In this document: positions 22,958 to 34,410 of the stretch, one piece after another
Position numbering within the stretch: position 1 is the stretch's first letter
Layout: every line of letters begins with the position of its first letter
Assembly: GCA_013239625.1 (NCBI GenBank)
Contig: MU057102.1
Span: 3,801,782 to 3,865,781, forward strand
Reading direction: 5' to 3'
Length of the DNA stretch: 64,000 nucleotides
DNA from: Lama guanicoe
Taxonomy: Eukaryota
Translations under genes and position numbers: made by a program
The notes under the pieces: model-generated
Databases searched by the model: none
Seen by the model: only the letters and a program-made list of their open reading frames with translations
Told to the model about the DNA's origin: nothing

Positions 22958-23182
22958 GCTCGTCCACTGCATCTGCTCCTGCAGGCACCGGTACCAACGC
23001 AGCGCCCCCTCCCAAGGCCAGCGGCTCCTGGCAAGCAAGTCGGCCCCTGGCCCAGGGCACCCCACGGCCCCCGCAGGCCAAGCCAGCCCCTAGAGCCGCT
23101 GTCCCGCCGAAGCCCAGCTACAACACCAGCTTCAGTGTGATCGGCAGCCGGGAGGAGAGGGGCGTCCGCCCTCCCAGCTTTG
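22958..23182 (+). CDS. GAK: GAK exon (SSTASAPAG...FSVIGSREERGVRPPSF)
   Basis: ccccag|GC ... G|gtgagt; 225 nt; a second in-frame acceptor lies 27 nt downstream (22985). Confidence 0.88.
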
Positions 23183-23534
23183 GTGAGTCCTCCCTCCCTC
23201 TGCCCAGTGGCTTTCTGAGCTTGCTCTGAGGGGGGTTACGGTGAACCCCATTTTCTCCAGCTCGTGGTCAAGTCCTGAGAAAGGGTGTCTCCTGAGACCC
23301 AGCAGAAGCTCCTTCGGGTGGGAGCAAGTGGTTTTGCACATGGTCTGAGGGTGACCTTCTTGTTGCCCAGACAGCACCGTCCAGGTGGCCAGGCGTGTGC
23401 CGCCTGGGGGCCATCTTGGCCTCTGCCAGCTGTGCGCAGTGTCAGGCGGGGGCCCCCGGGCGGGGTTGGCGTCGGCGTCGACGTCGGCATCGGCGCCTCC
23501 CAGCACAGCCTCCGAGGCCCCTGCTCTCCTCCAG

Positions 23535-23683
23535 GTCAGAAGCCAAGGGTGTCGGAGAGCGACTTTGAAGACCTGCTGTCCGACCAGGGCTTCTCCTCCA
23601 GGGCCGACAGGAGGGGGCCCAGGACCATCGCCGAGATGAGGCGGCAGGACCAGGCCCGGGACACGGACCCGCTCAAGCTGAAG
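23535..23683 (+). CDS. GAK: GAK exon (QKPRVSESDFEDLL...DTDPLKLK)
   Basis: ctccag|GT ... AAG|gtgggg; 149 nt. Confidence 0.95.
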
Positions 23684-23803
23684 GTGGGGGCGCTCGGGCC
23701 GGGCTAGGGCGGGTGGCCCCAGGAGTGCTGGCACAGGCACGGGGGCAGCGGGTCCGTGTTCAGAGCTCTGCCCCGTGTGGAGCTGGGCTCTCATCTCCCA
23801 CAG

Positions 23804-23980
23804 CTCCTAGACTGGACGGAGGGCAAGGAGAGGAACATCCGGGCGCTGCTGTCCACGCTGCACACCGCGCTGTGGGACGGCGAGTGCCGCTGGACGCCCG
23901 TGGGCATGGCCGACCTGGTGACCCCCGGGCAGGTGAAGAAGCAGTACCGCCGGGCCGTGCTGGTGGTCCACCCGGACAAG
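23804..23980 (+). CDS. GAK: GAK exon, J domain up to the HPD motif ([20 protein letters not shown]...VVHPDK)
   Basis: ccacag|CTC ... AAG|gtaggc; 177 nt; intact HPD. Confidence 0.96.
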
Positions 23981-24056
23981 GTAGGCACGGGGCCCGGGCC
24001 GAGCCCAGGGGGGTCCTGGGTTCAGGCGCAGCACCCTCACCCACTCCGTCCCGCAG

Positions 24057-24158
24057 GCCCGGGGGCAGCCCTACGAGCAGTACGCCAGGATGATCTTCAT
24101 GGAGCTGAACGATGCCTGGGCCGAGTTCGAGAGCCAGGGCTCCCGGCCCCTCTTCTAA
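24057..24158 (+). CDS. GAK: GAK last coding exon ([33 protein letters not shown])
   Basis: ccgcag|GCC; TAA at 24156-24158. Confidence 0.96.
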   Translation, partial: ARGQPYEQYARMIFMELNDAWAEFESQGSRPLF

Positions 24159-24550
24159 GTCATGCGCTGCTCGGGGCTGCCCCCGCAGCTCATAGAACCG
24201 AAAGCTGCTGGCTGGACCGCGAGGGTCGCCCTGTGGCCGTGGCAGAGTGGACTGGCATGGCCGCACCCGACATCATGCCTGCTGCCCTGGGTGGCCCGGA
24301 GCCGCCGCCATGCCTGGCGGGAGAAGGAAAGCATTCCAAAAGCTCCGAATTCTTTTTCTTTTTTGGTTCTAAAGGAAAAGTGTCGAGTCGCACTTCTCCC
24401 ACGCGTGTCCTGGTCTGTGGTTTATTCTGTTCGGTGGCCGTCACCTGAGGGCGCGTCCGCTGGGTAGACTGCGCTGCTCGGCCGTCTTCTTGAGTCCCTC
24501 GTGAACGTTTGCGTTTCCCCTGTAATCAGCCTGGTGACCAGCTGTACATA

Positions 24551-24556
24551 ATTAAA
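24551..24556 (+). terminator. GAK: GAK polyadenylation signal (ATTAAA)
   Basis: About 390 nt after the stop; TGTA element just upstream and T/GT-rich sequence downstream. Confidence 0.75.
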
Positions 24557-27500
24557 CTATTTTCTGATGACCTTCGTCTCTGATGTGCGTGATTGACTGA
24601 TCTAGGCTCTGACCGCGAAGATGCAGCGCAGTGACCCCTGCCGGTGGAGAGGGCTCCCCATCTCCGCTGGCCTGAGCCTCCCCGGGCCCCCAGCTGGCCT
24701 CAGCAGTCACACGTAGCAGGAAGGCAGGGAGGCCGGTGCAGGGACGAGCCCTGGCTTTGGGTCTGGGGGCCGGCCTCCCCCTCGCTGGTCTGGGTGTGCC
24801 CTGGGGTCACTGCTTGTGGCTGAGGCAGCTGGGCAGATGCTGGCCCACGCGAGACTGGGCCTCCCCTGGATGCCACTGGGTCGTTCCTCCTCAGAGCATG
24901 AGGGTGTGAGGGACCTGGTCTGTTGTTCTGGAAATTCAAAGAGTAAAGCAGCTTTCCTGAGTCATGGCCGTTGGAGAAGCAGCGGCTGCCTTGGCTACAG
25001 GGTGAGGTCCCCCTGTTCTGGGGACGACCTGGCAGGACAGATGGCAGCAGTTACAGGCTCGAGGGTTAGTCGGAAGTGATGCTCCCAGCCTCCTGCGGGT
25101 CTGTCCACGAAGCCTGAGGGCTCGTCCCGCTCCAGGCCGCCCAGCACTGTGCTGACCAGGCCCTGGACAGGTGGCCAGGACCTCAACCCTCATCCCGGTG
25201 GTGACAGCGGGAAGGGCCGGGCCCTGCCAGCACTGTGGGCTGGCCTCTCAGAACCCTGTGCCGTCTCTTCTTTCCGCAAAACGTGAGCCAGCTGTGCTGC
25301 CAGGTGGCTGCCACTCGCCAGTCAGATGTGCGTGGTGGTTGCCATCACCTGGATCAGGACACCACCCCCACTCCGGGCTGGGCTCGTAGAACCGGCACCA
25401 GTGCATGTCCTCAAAAGCTCGCCTGCGGTCTGGGGAGCAGTTAGTGGAACACTGACCCCCCCGCCTCAGTGACCACATTGGTCTAAGGCTCAGGTGGGGG
25501 GTGGGGTCTGTGGGTCCTGAAGTTTCAAAGGCATGGGGGCTCTAGCCTTTTGCCCTGAGGGCCCAGGACCTCGCAACCGCTGACCCTTGGGCCCAGTGCC
25601 CCCGTCCCTTGGCTGAGGTGACACTCTCCCCGCTGGGGAGTGCTGAATCTGGCTTTCCCCCGGTTGATGCCCCTCTGCAGAGAGCCGACTCCCCGCCAGG
25701 TATGTATCTGCTGCTATTTTTATCTTCCGATTCTTTTAAAGAATAATGAACGACCTAAATAGGTCCAAGAGTGCATGTCAAAGTTGCTCTGGATCCCAGC
25801 TGAGGGCCAGGCAGCCCTGGGGATGCTGGCGGGGCCCTGCAGGGGCTGCAGGCGCACACCCGTCCCCTGGGTCTCTGGTCTGGCACACCCTCTGCCATCC
25901 CCACTGGTTCTGATTTCCTGTCTTGGCGGGACGAAGGCCGCCCTGGTGGCTCCATCCCTACAGGCCACACCCCAGCTCCAAGGACCACGCGTGTCCCCTC
26001 CAGGGAGCCCCTGGGGGCCCAGGGAACGACCACAGTGGCCACAGAATGGCTGCACAGCTGACCCCAACCCCGTCACACAGGGGGCGCGGTGCTGGGGGTG
26101 CTGCTCAGCAGAGGTCCGTCTGGAAACAGGCTCAGATGAGTGACCCGGCACAGGACATGTCCGAGAGGCTGCGCTGGCCTGCAGTTGGTGACTGGTTCTT
26201 GGAATACGGCCCCCAGGGCAGAGGGCAGGCTCCCAGGAGGTGGAAGGCTGGGCTCTCCGGGCCAAGCGCTCCAGGAGCCGAGGAGAGGGGAGAAGGAGGG
26301 GAGGGGAGGGGCCACTCCCACTGGGCAGGAGGTTTTTTTGAGGCTCGTCCACGCTGAGCTGCCTCGGGACTCGTTTGTTTCTGTGGCTACCGTGTTTGTA
26401 CGCCTGTCAAGTATTCACACACGTCACACGTGCCCTGTGGCCCCTGGATGCATCCTGGTCCCTGAGAGCACCATCTCAGGACCAGTAAGTCCCTGTCGGC
26501 CCCACAGGCAGGTGTGGGGATCAGAGCTGCCCCTTGGGAGACCACTCCTGGGGTTCAGCCCTGCCTTTCCCAGAAGCCTTTAGAACACCGCCAACAGGAG
26601 AGGAGGGGCCTGGGTCTGCCAGGCTGGGGAGAATCTGGTCGAGGGTAAGCACACAGCTGTGTACACTTACAGACCTGCTGCAACCAGCAGAGTCCAGGAA
26701 CGCCCCTCTGGGTCCTCGCTGGGGCCCCTGTGAGGCGGGCAGGAAGAGAGGGCCATCAGGAAGCGGGTAGGAGATGAGGGTTGGGGGGGGCAGGCAGAGC
26801 AATGAGCCCAGCAGGCCTGTGGCTATGGGGGAGCATGGGGTGGGCCCAGGGAGACCTGGGCACTTGGGCTGGGGTCCTCCAGGGGTCTCACCGGGGGTGG
26901 GGGGTGGGTCTGTAGCTGAGGCGGGCAGATCCTGGACACACGGTGGGGCACTGGGCAGCTAAGGGCCCTGGCGGAGGGTCCCGCTGCTTACAGAGGGCTT
27001 CTGCCCCAGCCCCAGGCCCTAAGTTGGGACTGTCCACTGGCCACCTGGGGTGGGGCGGGGCCTGGGTGAGATCATCTTCCGGACCCAGGCCCCCAGGATA
27101 GGAAGATGGGGCAGGAGGGCTGGAACCCTGGTGCCCGGGGGAGGAGAGGAGCTGGCTCCGGACCCTCTGGGAAGAGAGAGGAAACAAAGGCTCGGAGGCG
27201 CACTTCGGGTGTGCCCGCTGCAGAGGCTTCCGGCTCCCACCACGGAGTCGCTGAACTGCCCTCTTCAGCCTGACGTCCCCTGGCGTGCGAAGGCCTGGCC
27301 GCAGTGGCCTCTGTGTTCCCTGGGCAGGCCTCGGTCTCCTGCTGCCCCAGAGAGGATCACGACCCAGGACAGGCTCTGAGACTGTCTTCCTTCCCCAAGG
27401 GAGCAGAGCGACATCTCTGGAGGAAATTGCTCCTTCTCATGCCTCCTGGGCCTGAAACACTCCAGCAGTACCCACATAGGCCCGCCCATACTCTGGGTGT

Positions 27501-30478
27501 CACTGGACAGGAGAGGAGGGGTCTGGGGCCTCCTGGGTGGCGACTGTCGGTGTCCCTTGGGCTTTTCCCCTTGGCCTGTGTTTGGGGGGGTTGGTTCTTG
27601 AGCTTGAAGGCCACCCTCCAAGGGCCAGCTCTGCTGTCAGCCGACGCAGTCCCGCTGGACCAGTCACTTGCTGAGGGGGTCCAGGCCTGACTCACATGGA
27701 CAGCACACGCCCCGGGCCCAGGGCTCCCCACTGCACCCACTTTGGAGCCTCAAGGGAGATGGGGCACAGGAGGCGCTGGGCGCTGCGTCCACCTGAGGCT
27801 GCCTGACTGCACAGCCCAGAACTCCTGGCTGGAGCAGGAGCCCTCGGGGGCCCAAGCCCCTCCTTGGGTCCTGGGTCTGCCCAGGTGGCCATCCTCCATC
27901 CGGGGCCTGAGCCTGGCCTCTGACCGAGTGTCCTGCTAAAGGCCCCTGAGGCAGGTCCGGGTGGCCTTGGGAGGGTGATCAAGGCCTCTGGAGTGGGGTG
28001 GGGGTGAGGCAGAGCTGATGGGTGGGGGGCATTCACGGAGCAGGGGCACCTGGTCTGCAGCTCAGGGAGCTCCCCCCATGGGGGTCACACAACTTAGAGG
28101 GACAGCCCAGGGCATTCTCGGAGAGCTGACCTAGGGCTGGGGCATGGGCAGCCGGTGGCCTGGGCAGCCACCGGGCAGAGGCCTTCAGAAGCACAGCCTC
28201 CCTCGAAGCGAGTGTCCCTCCCCTGTGGCCCCCCACGCCACCTTTTCATGACCGAGAACTGCCCCTGCGCTCACTCAGGCTGTGTGCAGCCCCCTGCACC
28301 CCACAGCTGCCACCACCCCAGCAGAGCCAGAGAGGAGCAGAATTCCATTCTCAGGTGTGTGAGCTCTGCTAGTTTTACCCTGGGGCACGAGAGGGTGGGG
28401 GTGGATCCAGGCAGCAGCCGGGGAGGAGGTGGGGCATGGGAACCACAGTCCCCCACAGAGAGCCTCAAGGTCACCCAGACACCTCCTCCAGCCCCCTTCT
28501 CTGGGTACATGAAGTCACACCTTCTCCTCCACCAGCTGTACTTGGACCTCTGTGCTGTGCGCAGTGACAAGAACTGGGACGAGGAGGGCTGGTCTGTGGC
28601 CCAGTGGGGCGGGTGCAACAGGAGGCTGGGAGTGGACAGAGGGCAGGGGTGACCATGGGCTGGGTGGGGTAGGCAGGGGGTGGGAGAGGCAGGACTGTGG
28701 GTCCCACCAGGTGGGGATGAGGGCCCAGTGGGGAGAGCTGCAGGAATTCTGGAGTCTGGGGTCTGAGGCAGAGCAGGGGCAGACTGAGGGGACAGGGACC
28801 ATCACTGCACTCTGAGCCCAGATCTTGGGCCAGCTCCTCAGGAAGGGGGTCCTCAGGGTTCCCGGGTGTTGACTGAGGGGCCCCCTTGTATCTGGACCTC
28901 GAGGAGAAGCTCTGGGGGTGGGCAGGGCTGTGGTGGAAATGGACAGTGGGAAGCCTGTGCTTCACACATGACCCTGCCCGGGCACCGTGTGTTCCAGCAC
29001 CCCGGACGGGGCAGACGTCTGAGGAACTAGCAGGCCACCCCACGTCAGAAGCCCGCGAGGACGAGCTCCCAGGCGCTGACCCCAGCCAGCGGGACCCACG
29101 TGGCCGAGGAAGGCCCTGGTGTCAGGGTGCACAGGGGTGCCAGTCTGCTCGCTCCTGTGGCCGGTGGTGACTGCTTTCCATCTCTCTCTGCGCCTGCTTT
29201 TCACGTGCTGTCACCTGTCAAGTAACAATGAAGTCCAGCTGGAAAATGGCAGTGTGGGCAGTGCTGGTGCAGGAGCCAGATGACCCACGTGTTAAATGAC
29301 CACGCCTGCGCTCTCCATTTCTGGGTGAGCGCTGGGCAGCAGGGCCCATTTCAGCCCTTCCTGCGGGGCCAGCAGCCCCCTCGCCAGGCCCCGTGCTGGG
29401 ACTGAAGAACAAGCTCAGGTGACCCTGAAAGCACTTTTGGGGCCAGAGTGGGAGGCTGCCTTGGGGCACAGGAGTGGCTGGGCCTCCACCAGACAGAGGG
29501 GACCGCAGGCCCCAGGCGCCTCGGGCGGGAGTGGAGGCCCCAGGCAGGGTTTTCCAGAGAGGCTGGGTTGGGGGTGCGCTGGAGCAGGGCAGCTGACTCC
29601 CCTCCCTGCCATCTGGAGTGACCCCTTGGAGGCTACAGAGGGGACTCGGTGGCAGGGATCTCAGCCCAGTGCCATGTGGTCTTGTTCCCCAGCTTTGGGT
29701 CAGGGCTTCCTAGCCTTAAGGAGCCAGCCTCAGGAGGGTGTGTATTTGAGAAACGTGCAGAGCCCTGACCTGGGGCTCCAGCCTTGTCCTGCCCGCTGGC
29801 CGGGGCTGTGACCGAACACACACGCCCCAAAGCTGACCTCTCGGTGGCAGACCCTCCCAGTCCCTCCAGCGCCCTGCCCACTCCTGCTGCCTTGGCCAGC
29901 CTCCCTCCCAGCTGCCCCCCTCCCTGCCCTCCCGCCACACCCCGCCGCTACACTCCTCGTCGCTTGCCTGCACCCACCTGGATCTGCAGCCCGGTGACGC
30001 TGACCAGGCTGCCCTGGCTCAACCTTTCCCTCTCAGTTCCTGCCTCTCTGGACGGCTGCAGGCTTGGGGAATGGTCACCAGAACCCAGGTCCTCTTCTGG
30101 GGACTCACAAGGCCAGAGTCCCTATCTGAGGTGTGGCCCCAAGGTGGGGTGGAGGCCATAAACTGAGTGGCCTCCCCGTGGGACAGACCTGGCGGGAGGA
30201 GGGGGACTGTTCCAGGCCGTTCCCTACGTGTCCTCACTCCCTGCCAAGAGCTGGCACTGTCCGCCCCAGCCCTCCTCAGGCTCCACTGCTTCCTGACCTT
30301 CCTCTCCCAGAGCCATGGTCACCCTGACCCGGGGTTGGCACAAACCTGGTCTATTTCCCCCAGGAGGGTCTGAGTCCTGGTTGGACCCCCCCACCCCCAC
30401 CCCTAGCCCAGGGCCTGGACAAATGTGAGCGCTGAGGTGGGGTGGCTATGTGTGTGAGGAGTCTACGACAGGTAACAA

Positions 30479-30620
30479 CAGAGAGAGACACAGAGGGACA
30501 GAGACAGAGAGACAGAGACCAAGAGATAAAGAGACAGAAAGGGAAACACAGAGACAGAGATGTGTATATATAGAGGAGAGAGACAGGTGATGACCCCACA
30601 GGGAGGGAGGGAAGAGAAAG
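30479..30620. repeat. GA-rich low-complexity tract (GAGACA-like units)
   Basis: Direct reading. Confidence 0.85.
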
Positions 30621-32819
30621 AGCGCTGGAGGGTCAGCAGAGGGCCTCTGTCCTCTGTCCCCAACCTGAGCCCGTGACTCAGGGTGTGTGGAGATCCGCCA
30701 GGCCTGGGTCATGGGACCGGTGAGGTCGTGGACCCCTCTATCCTGGTGATATGCAAGCTGCACGCTGCCCAGACTGGCTGCCGCAAGGTCAACGGGGTGT
30801 CTCCGTGGCTTGTAAGGGCAGCTGGGGTCATTGGTTGTGGGGCCTGCTCTGGACTCGGCTGGGGTCATCTCTGGGGGCCTCTCTGGGGTTGCCGTCAGGA
30901 CTCAGCTGTGGTCCTCCAGGTCCACCTGCTGGCTGGGGTGGAGGGCGGAGGCTTCAGCAGGAAGAAGTGGCTTCTCTCTCGTGGCCCCACCCCTCTCCCC
31001 TCTGGCATCCACACACAGGTTCTGAGGACACCAGGAGCACCAGGCTGAGCAAACACTCAGGACTCTCAGACACCTGGGAACAGGTGACCACTCCCTCCGC
31101 AGAGCACCTGTCCCCACACCTGCAGAAGGCCTGGGGCTTCACCCCACCTCACGTCAAGGGTGGGGGTAGAAGGGAAATGTGCCCAGGGTGCTGGTGCACA
31201 AGGCTTCCTGCAGCCTAGGTGGGAGTCCCATGTTCTGTCCCCAGACCCACCCTTATGAGCAGCCCCACCCCACCCACCTTGCACCTCCTGGCCCAGGTCC
31301 AAGTGACAGGAGCCATCAGGAGGAAGAGCGGACAAGACTGAGGCCAGGTCCCATGGCCCTGGGGTCCGGGGAGGCTGCAGCTCTGAATGTCCTGATGTGG
31401 GCCTCCCCCAGGGCCACCAGTGCTGCAGAGTGCTGGCCTCTTCCATCCCTTCCCCTCTGCTCGTTCCTGCCCGCTGAGGACCACTTGGCAGGCCACTGTG
31501 GGGCCCAAGTGGGCCTAGAGATGGTGAACGAGGGATAGGAGCTGGGAGCCAAGGTGCCCAGCGGATTGGGGGAAACAGGCACGTTTCCAGAGTTCAGGCT
31601 GCGTGTCCTGGTTGGGCAACGTGGGGAATGGTCTCCAGGGGTCTCTAGGATCTGCCCCCTTCCACTTCAGGCCCAGCGAGTCCTGATGACTCAGCTGGGA
31701 GAAGACTGTGAAAGTTTATGCAGCGAACACCAGGGGTGTCCACCCACCGACCAGGATAGTGGAGACCCTGACCCCTGCCCCGCTGCGGGCCCCCTCCCCC
31801 CAGCCCTGCCCACAGCACTGGTGTGCAGTGACTTCAGGGCCCGGTCTTCCCACCTCCGGTGGGGCGGCAGGACAGGAGTCTGAGCTGCCGACCTTGCAGC
31901 GACCCGGCTCTCCTCGCTGCGCGGCATCCGTCGCAGAGGAAATCCCGGAGGCCCGGGGAGGGGGCGGCCGCGGCGGGGGCGGGGCTGCAGGGACACGGGG
32001 CGAAGCGGCCGGTCCGCAGTGACCTTCGCGCGTCCCTAACCCGGCGTGAGGCCGTTGGTCGAGAGGTGGGGGTCGCGCCACTTCTGTCCCACTGAAATGA
32101 AACCGCGTGGCCCTTTCTCTGCAAACCTATTCGCAGAAAAATAGGTCCTGGCCGGTCTGCGGGCAGCTCTCCGCCAAGGGTCAGATGGATTTTCAGGAGT
32201 ATGCGGGCTCCCTTCTCCCGCCCAGAGGTGCGGGAGGCCCGAGAGCAGCGGGGGTCGGGGACCCGGACAGTGCTCAGGGGCACTCGGCCTGGTCGGGACT
32301 GCAGTCATTGCCCCTGCTGGGGACCCTCTTCCCGCGCGCTCCCGGGCAGAGTGGAAGGCGGAGGGGAGCTGGGACACCCAACCCCCGTCCCCTCCCCGCG
32401 GCCGGAATAGAAAGGACTTTTCCCACTGGGGTTGCGCACGTATCTGTCCCGCACGCTGGGTGCCCCGCACGGGCGGAAGCGGACGGGAGTGCAGGACCTG
32501 GTCTGGGGTGGGGGGAGGCCCCACCCCCCGCCAGGGTCCACACAGAGGAGACCGGCTGGTGGTGGTTGGGGGCAGTCAGCGCATCTGGGATTCCGAACTG
32601 ACGGGTGGGCCAGGGTCGTGCGCGCCGACTCGGAGAGCTCGCGCCCCAGGATTCCACCCTTTATCGAATTCGGCCGGGAGGCAGGGTTTTGAAGGGGAGA
32701 GTGGGGCACGACTCCGCCTCTCCCGCCCCCGCCCCGCGCCGGCGCCCGCCCCGCCGCCGCGGCCCCGCCCTCCTCGTCATGCTCGGACGCGGGCGGGGGG
32801 CGGGGAGCGTCTACATGTG

Positions 32820-32949
32820 ACGCGCCCTCCTCGCGGTGCCCTTCAGCCGCCGCCGCAGTTCCCGGGGCGCCACATGGACCCGGCCGGCCCGAGCGCGCTC
32901 TGCCGCTGACCGTCCGCCCGTCCGCCGCCCGCGCCCCGGCCCCAGGAAG
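32820..32949 (+). other. CPLX1: CPLX1 non-coding exon 1 (5' end approximate)
   Basis: Strong donor AAG|gtaacc at 32950 inside the CpG island, 1.36 kb before the ATG exon; TSS cannot be fixed from sequence. Confidence 0.75.
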
Positions 32950-33095
32950 GTAACCAGAGCCCCTGTCGCAGCCCCCTCCCTGACCCCAGCTGCCCCCTCC
33001 CGGGCCCCAGCTGCCCCCTCCCTGGCTCTGCGGCCCCTTCCCGGCCAGGGCTTGGCGCGCGCTCCGCCCCGGTGCCCCATCCTGGGCCCCTGGCT

Positions 33096-33122
33096 GGCGC
33101 TGTCCACTGGCGCGGTGCTGAA
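33096..33122 (-). promoter_or_regulatory. Expanded-spacer RE1/NRSE (REST) site
   Basis: Minus strand reads TTCAGCACC-GCGCCAGT-GGACAGCGCC: both consensus half-sites perfect, spacer 8 nt instead of 2. Confidence 0.75.
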
Positions 33123-34304
33123 ACGGCCCCACAGTCCTGGCTGACGCCTTCGCTCTTTCTTACTCCTTTCCCGAGTCTCATGTCTCTCGCGTCTCCCTTT
33201 CTCCTCCCTCGTCCTCTGTCTCTCTCTCTCTCTCCTGGCGCGCTCCCGCCTGAGGGCCCCTTGGCAGAGCTGGGCAACTCGCCTGCCCATGAAGCCAAGG
33301 GGTGGGGTGGCAGCAGGAACCCCTAGCCGCGCAGGGCGGCGATGAGAGCACTGGGGGAGCTCCAACAGCGCCCCGACCTCTCTGCTGCTGGGCTCTGCGG
33401 CTGCCTCCCTGTCAGGAGCCAGGGGAGAAGTTTGGAAGAGAATCTGCTTTGCGGCAAAGGCGTCCCTGTGCCCCAGCGCTTTGTCGGAAGATGGGGGAGT
33501 CCCGCCCCCACTCCCAGGTCTCCCTAGTCCACACACACGCAGATTTCCTTATTTCCTTCATTTGAAGAGGAAAAACACATAAAACAGTGGCTCTCCAGTG
33601 ACCTGGGTTTCCCTGCCAAGAGCGACCTCACCAGAGGTAGTGGAGGCGGGGAACACTGCAGCTGCTGATTTTACAGAAAGCACCTCCCCACCAGATTTCC
33701 AGCTGGCCTGGACCCTAGAGAACCCCACCCATGCAGATGCAGGTGGAGGGGTGGTATGCCCTCCCCCATTTCATTGGTTCCCTGAAGGCTGGGCCCCTGC
33801 AGCTTCTCCCTCCACCTGTCTCTGCAGCAGTGCTGGTCTCCCCCCCTGGAGGGAACCTGTTTTCCCGAGACTCCATCAGAAGCCAAAGGGAGCACCCACT
33901 CGGGTCCCACCTGCACTAACCCTTCCCATCCTTTAGATGGGTCCCCACCTCTGTGGCCCAGGGCTCCACTAAGGAGACAGGAGAGCCAGTCACCTCCACA
34001 TGCCCCTGGGCTCGCCCCCACTTCACGCAGTCTGGCTCTTTTGAGCTGCACACCCCTTTCCCTGCAGTAGCAGCTGGAAGCCAGCTTCAGAAACCCCAGG
34101 GGCTAGCTGAGACCTCTTTGCAGGACCCTCCCAAACCCTCCCAGGTATCTGTCCCAGTGTTGATGTCTGGAGTCCAGGTGTGAGGGGGAACCATGAATGA
34201 GGCTCTCTCTGACCCCAGACCCACGGCCAGGGGAAGTTGGGTGGGGACAAGGAGGAAGCCTTCCCCAGCATAGTCGGGTGACCTGTGACCACGTCTTCCC
34301 CCAG

Positions 34305-34379
34305 GCAGAGGACTCCTGGCCACACTCACATGTGAGCTACGACTCGCTGAGGACCAGCTGAGGACACAAAGCCATCGCC
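34305..34379 (+). other. CPLX1: CPLX1 exon 2, 5' UTR part
   Basis: Acceptor cttcccccag|G at 34304; a second CAG lies 4 nt downstream. Confidence 0.75.
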
Positions 34380-34410
34380 ATGGAGTTCGTGATGAAACAG
34401 GCCCTGGGAG
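34380..34410 (+). CDS. CPLX1: Complexin-1 first coding exon (MEFVMKQALG)
   Basis: Kozak GCCATGG; G|gtaggg donor; 31 nt; MEFVMK identifies CPLX1 rather than CPLX2 (MDFVMK). Confidence 0.96.

Larger units (their letters stand above)
31900..33500. promoter_or_regulatory. CPLX1: CpG island / CPLX1 promoter with GC boxes and CRE-half/E-box motifs
   Basis: Very high CpG density; several GGGCGG/CCGCCC at about 32710-32805; CGTCA at 32775; CATGTGACG at 32814; no TATA box; edges approximate. Confidence 0.85.

Noticed and set aside
23468-23496. (GGCGTC)n-like CpG-dense hexamer run
   Set aside because: Short degenerate simple repeat with no supporting evidence of function
28993-29012. RE1-like TCCAGCACCCCGGACGGGGC
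   Set aside because: Mismatches in the critical GGACAG half; weak in such GC-rich DNA
32305-33536. 241-275 aa minus-strand ORFs over the CpG island
   Set aside because: Gly/Arg/Ala-rich shadow ORFs typical of CpG islands
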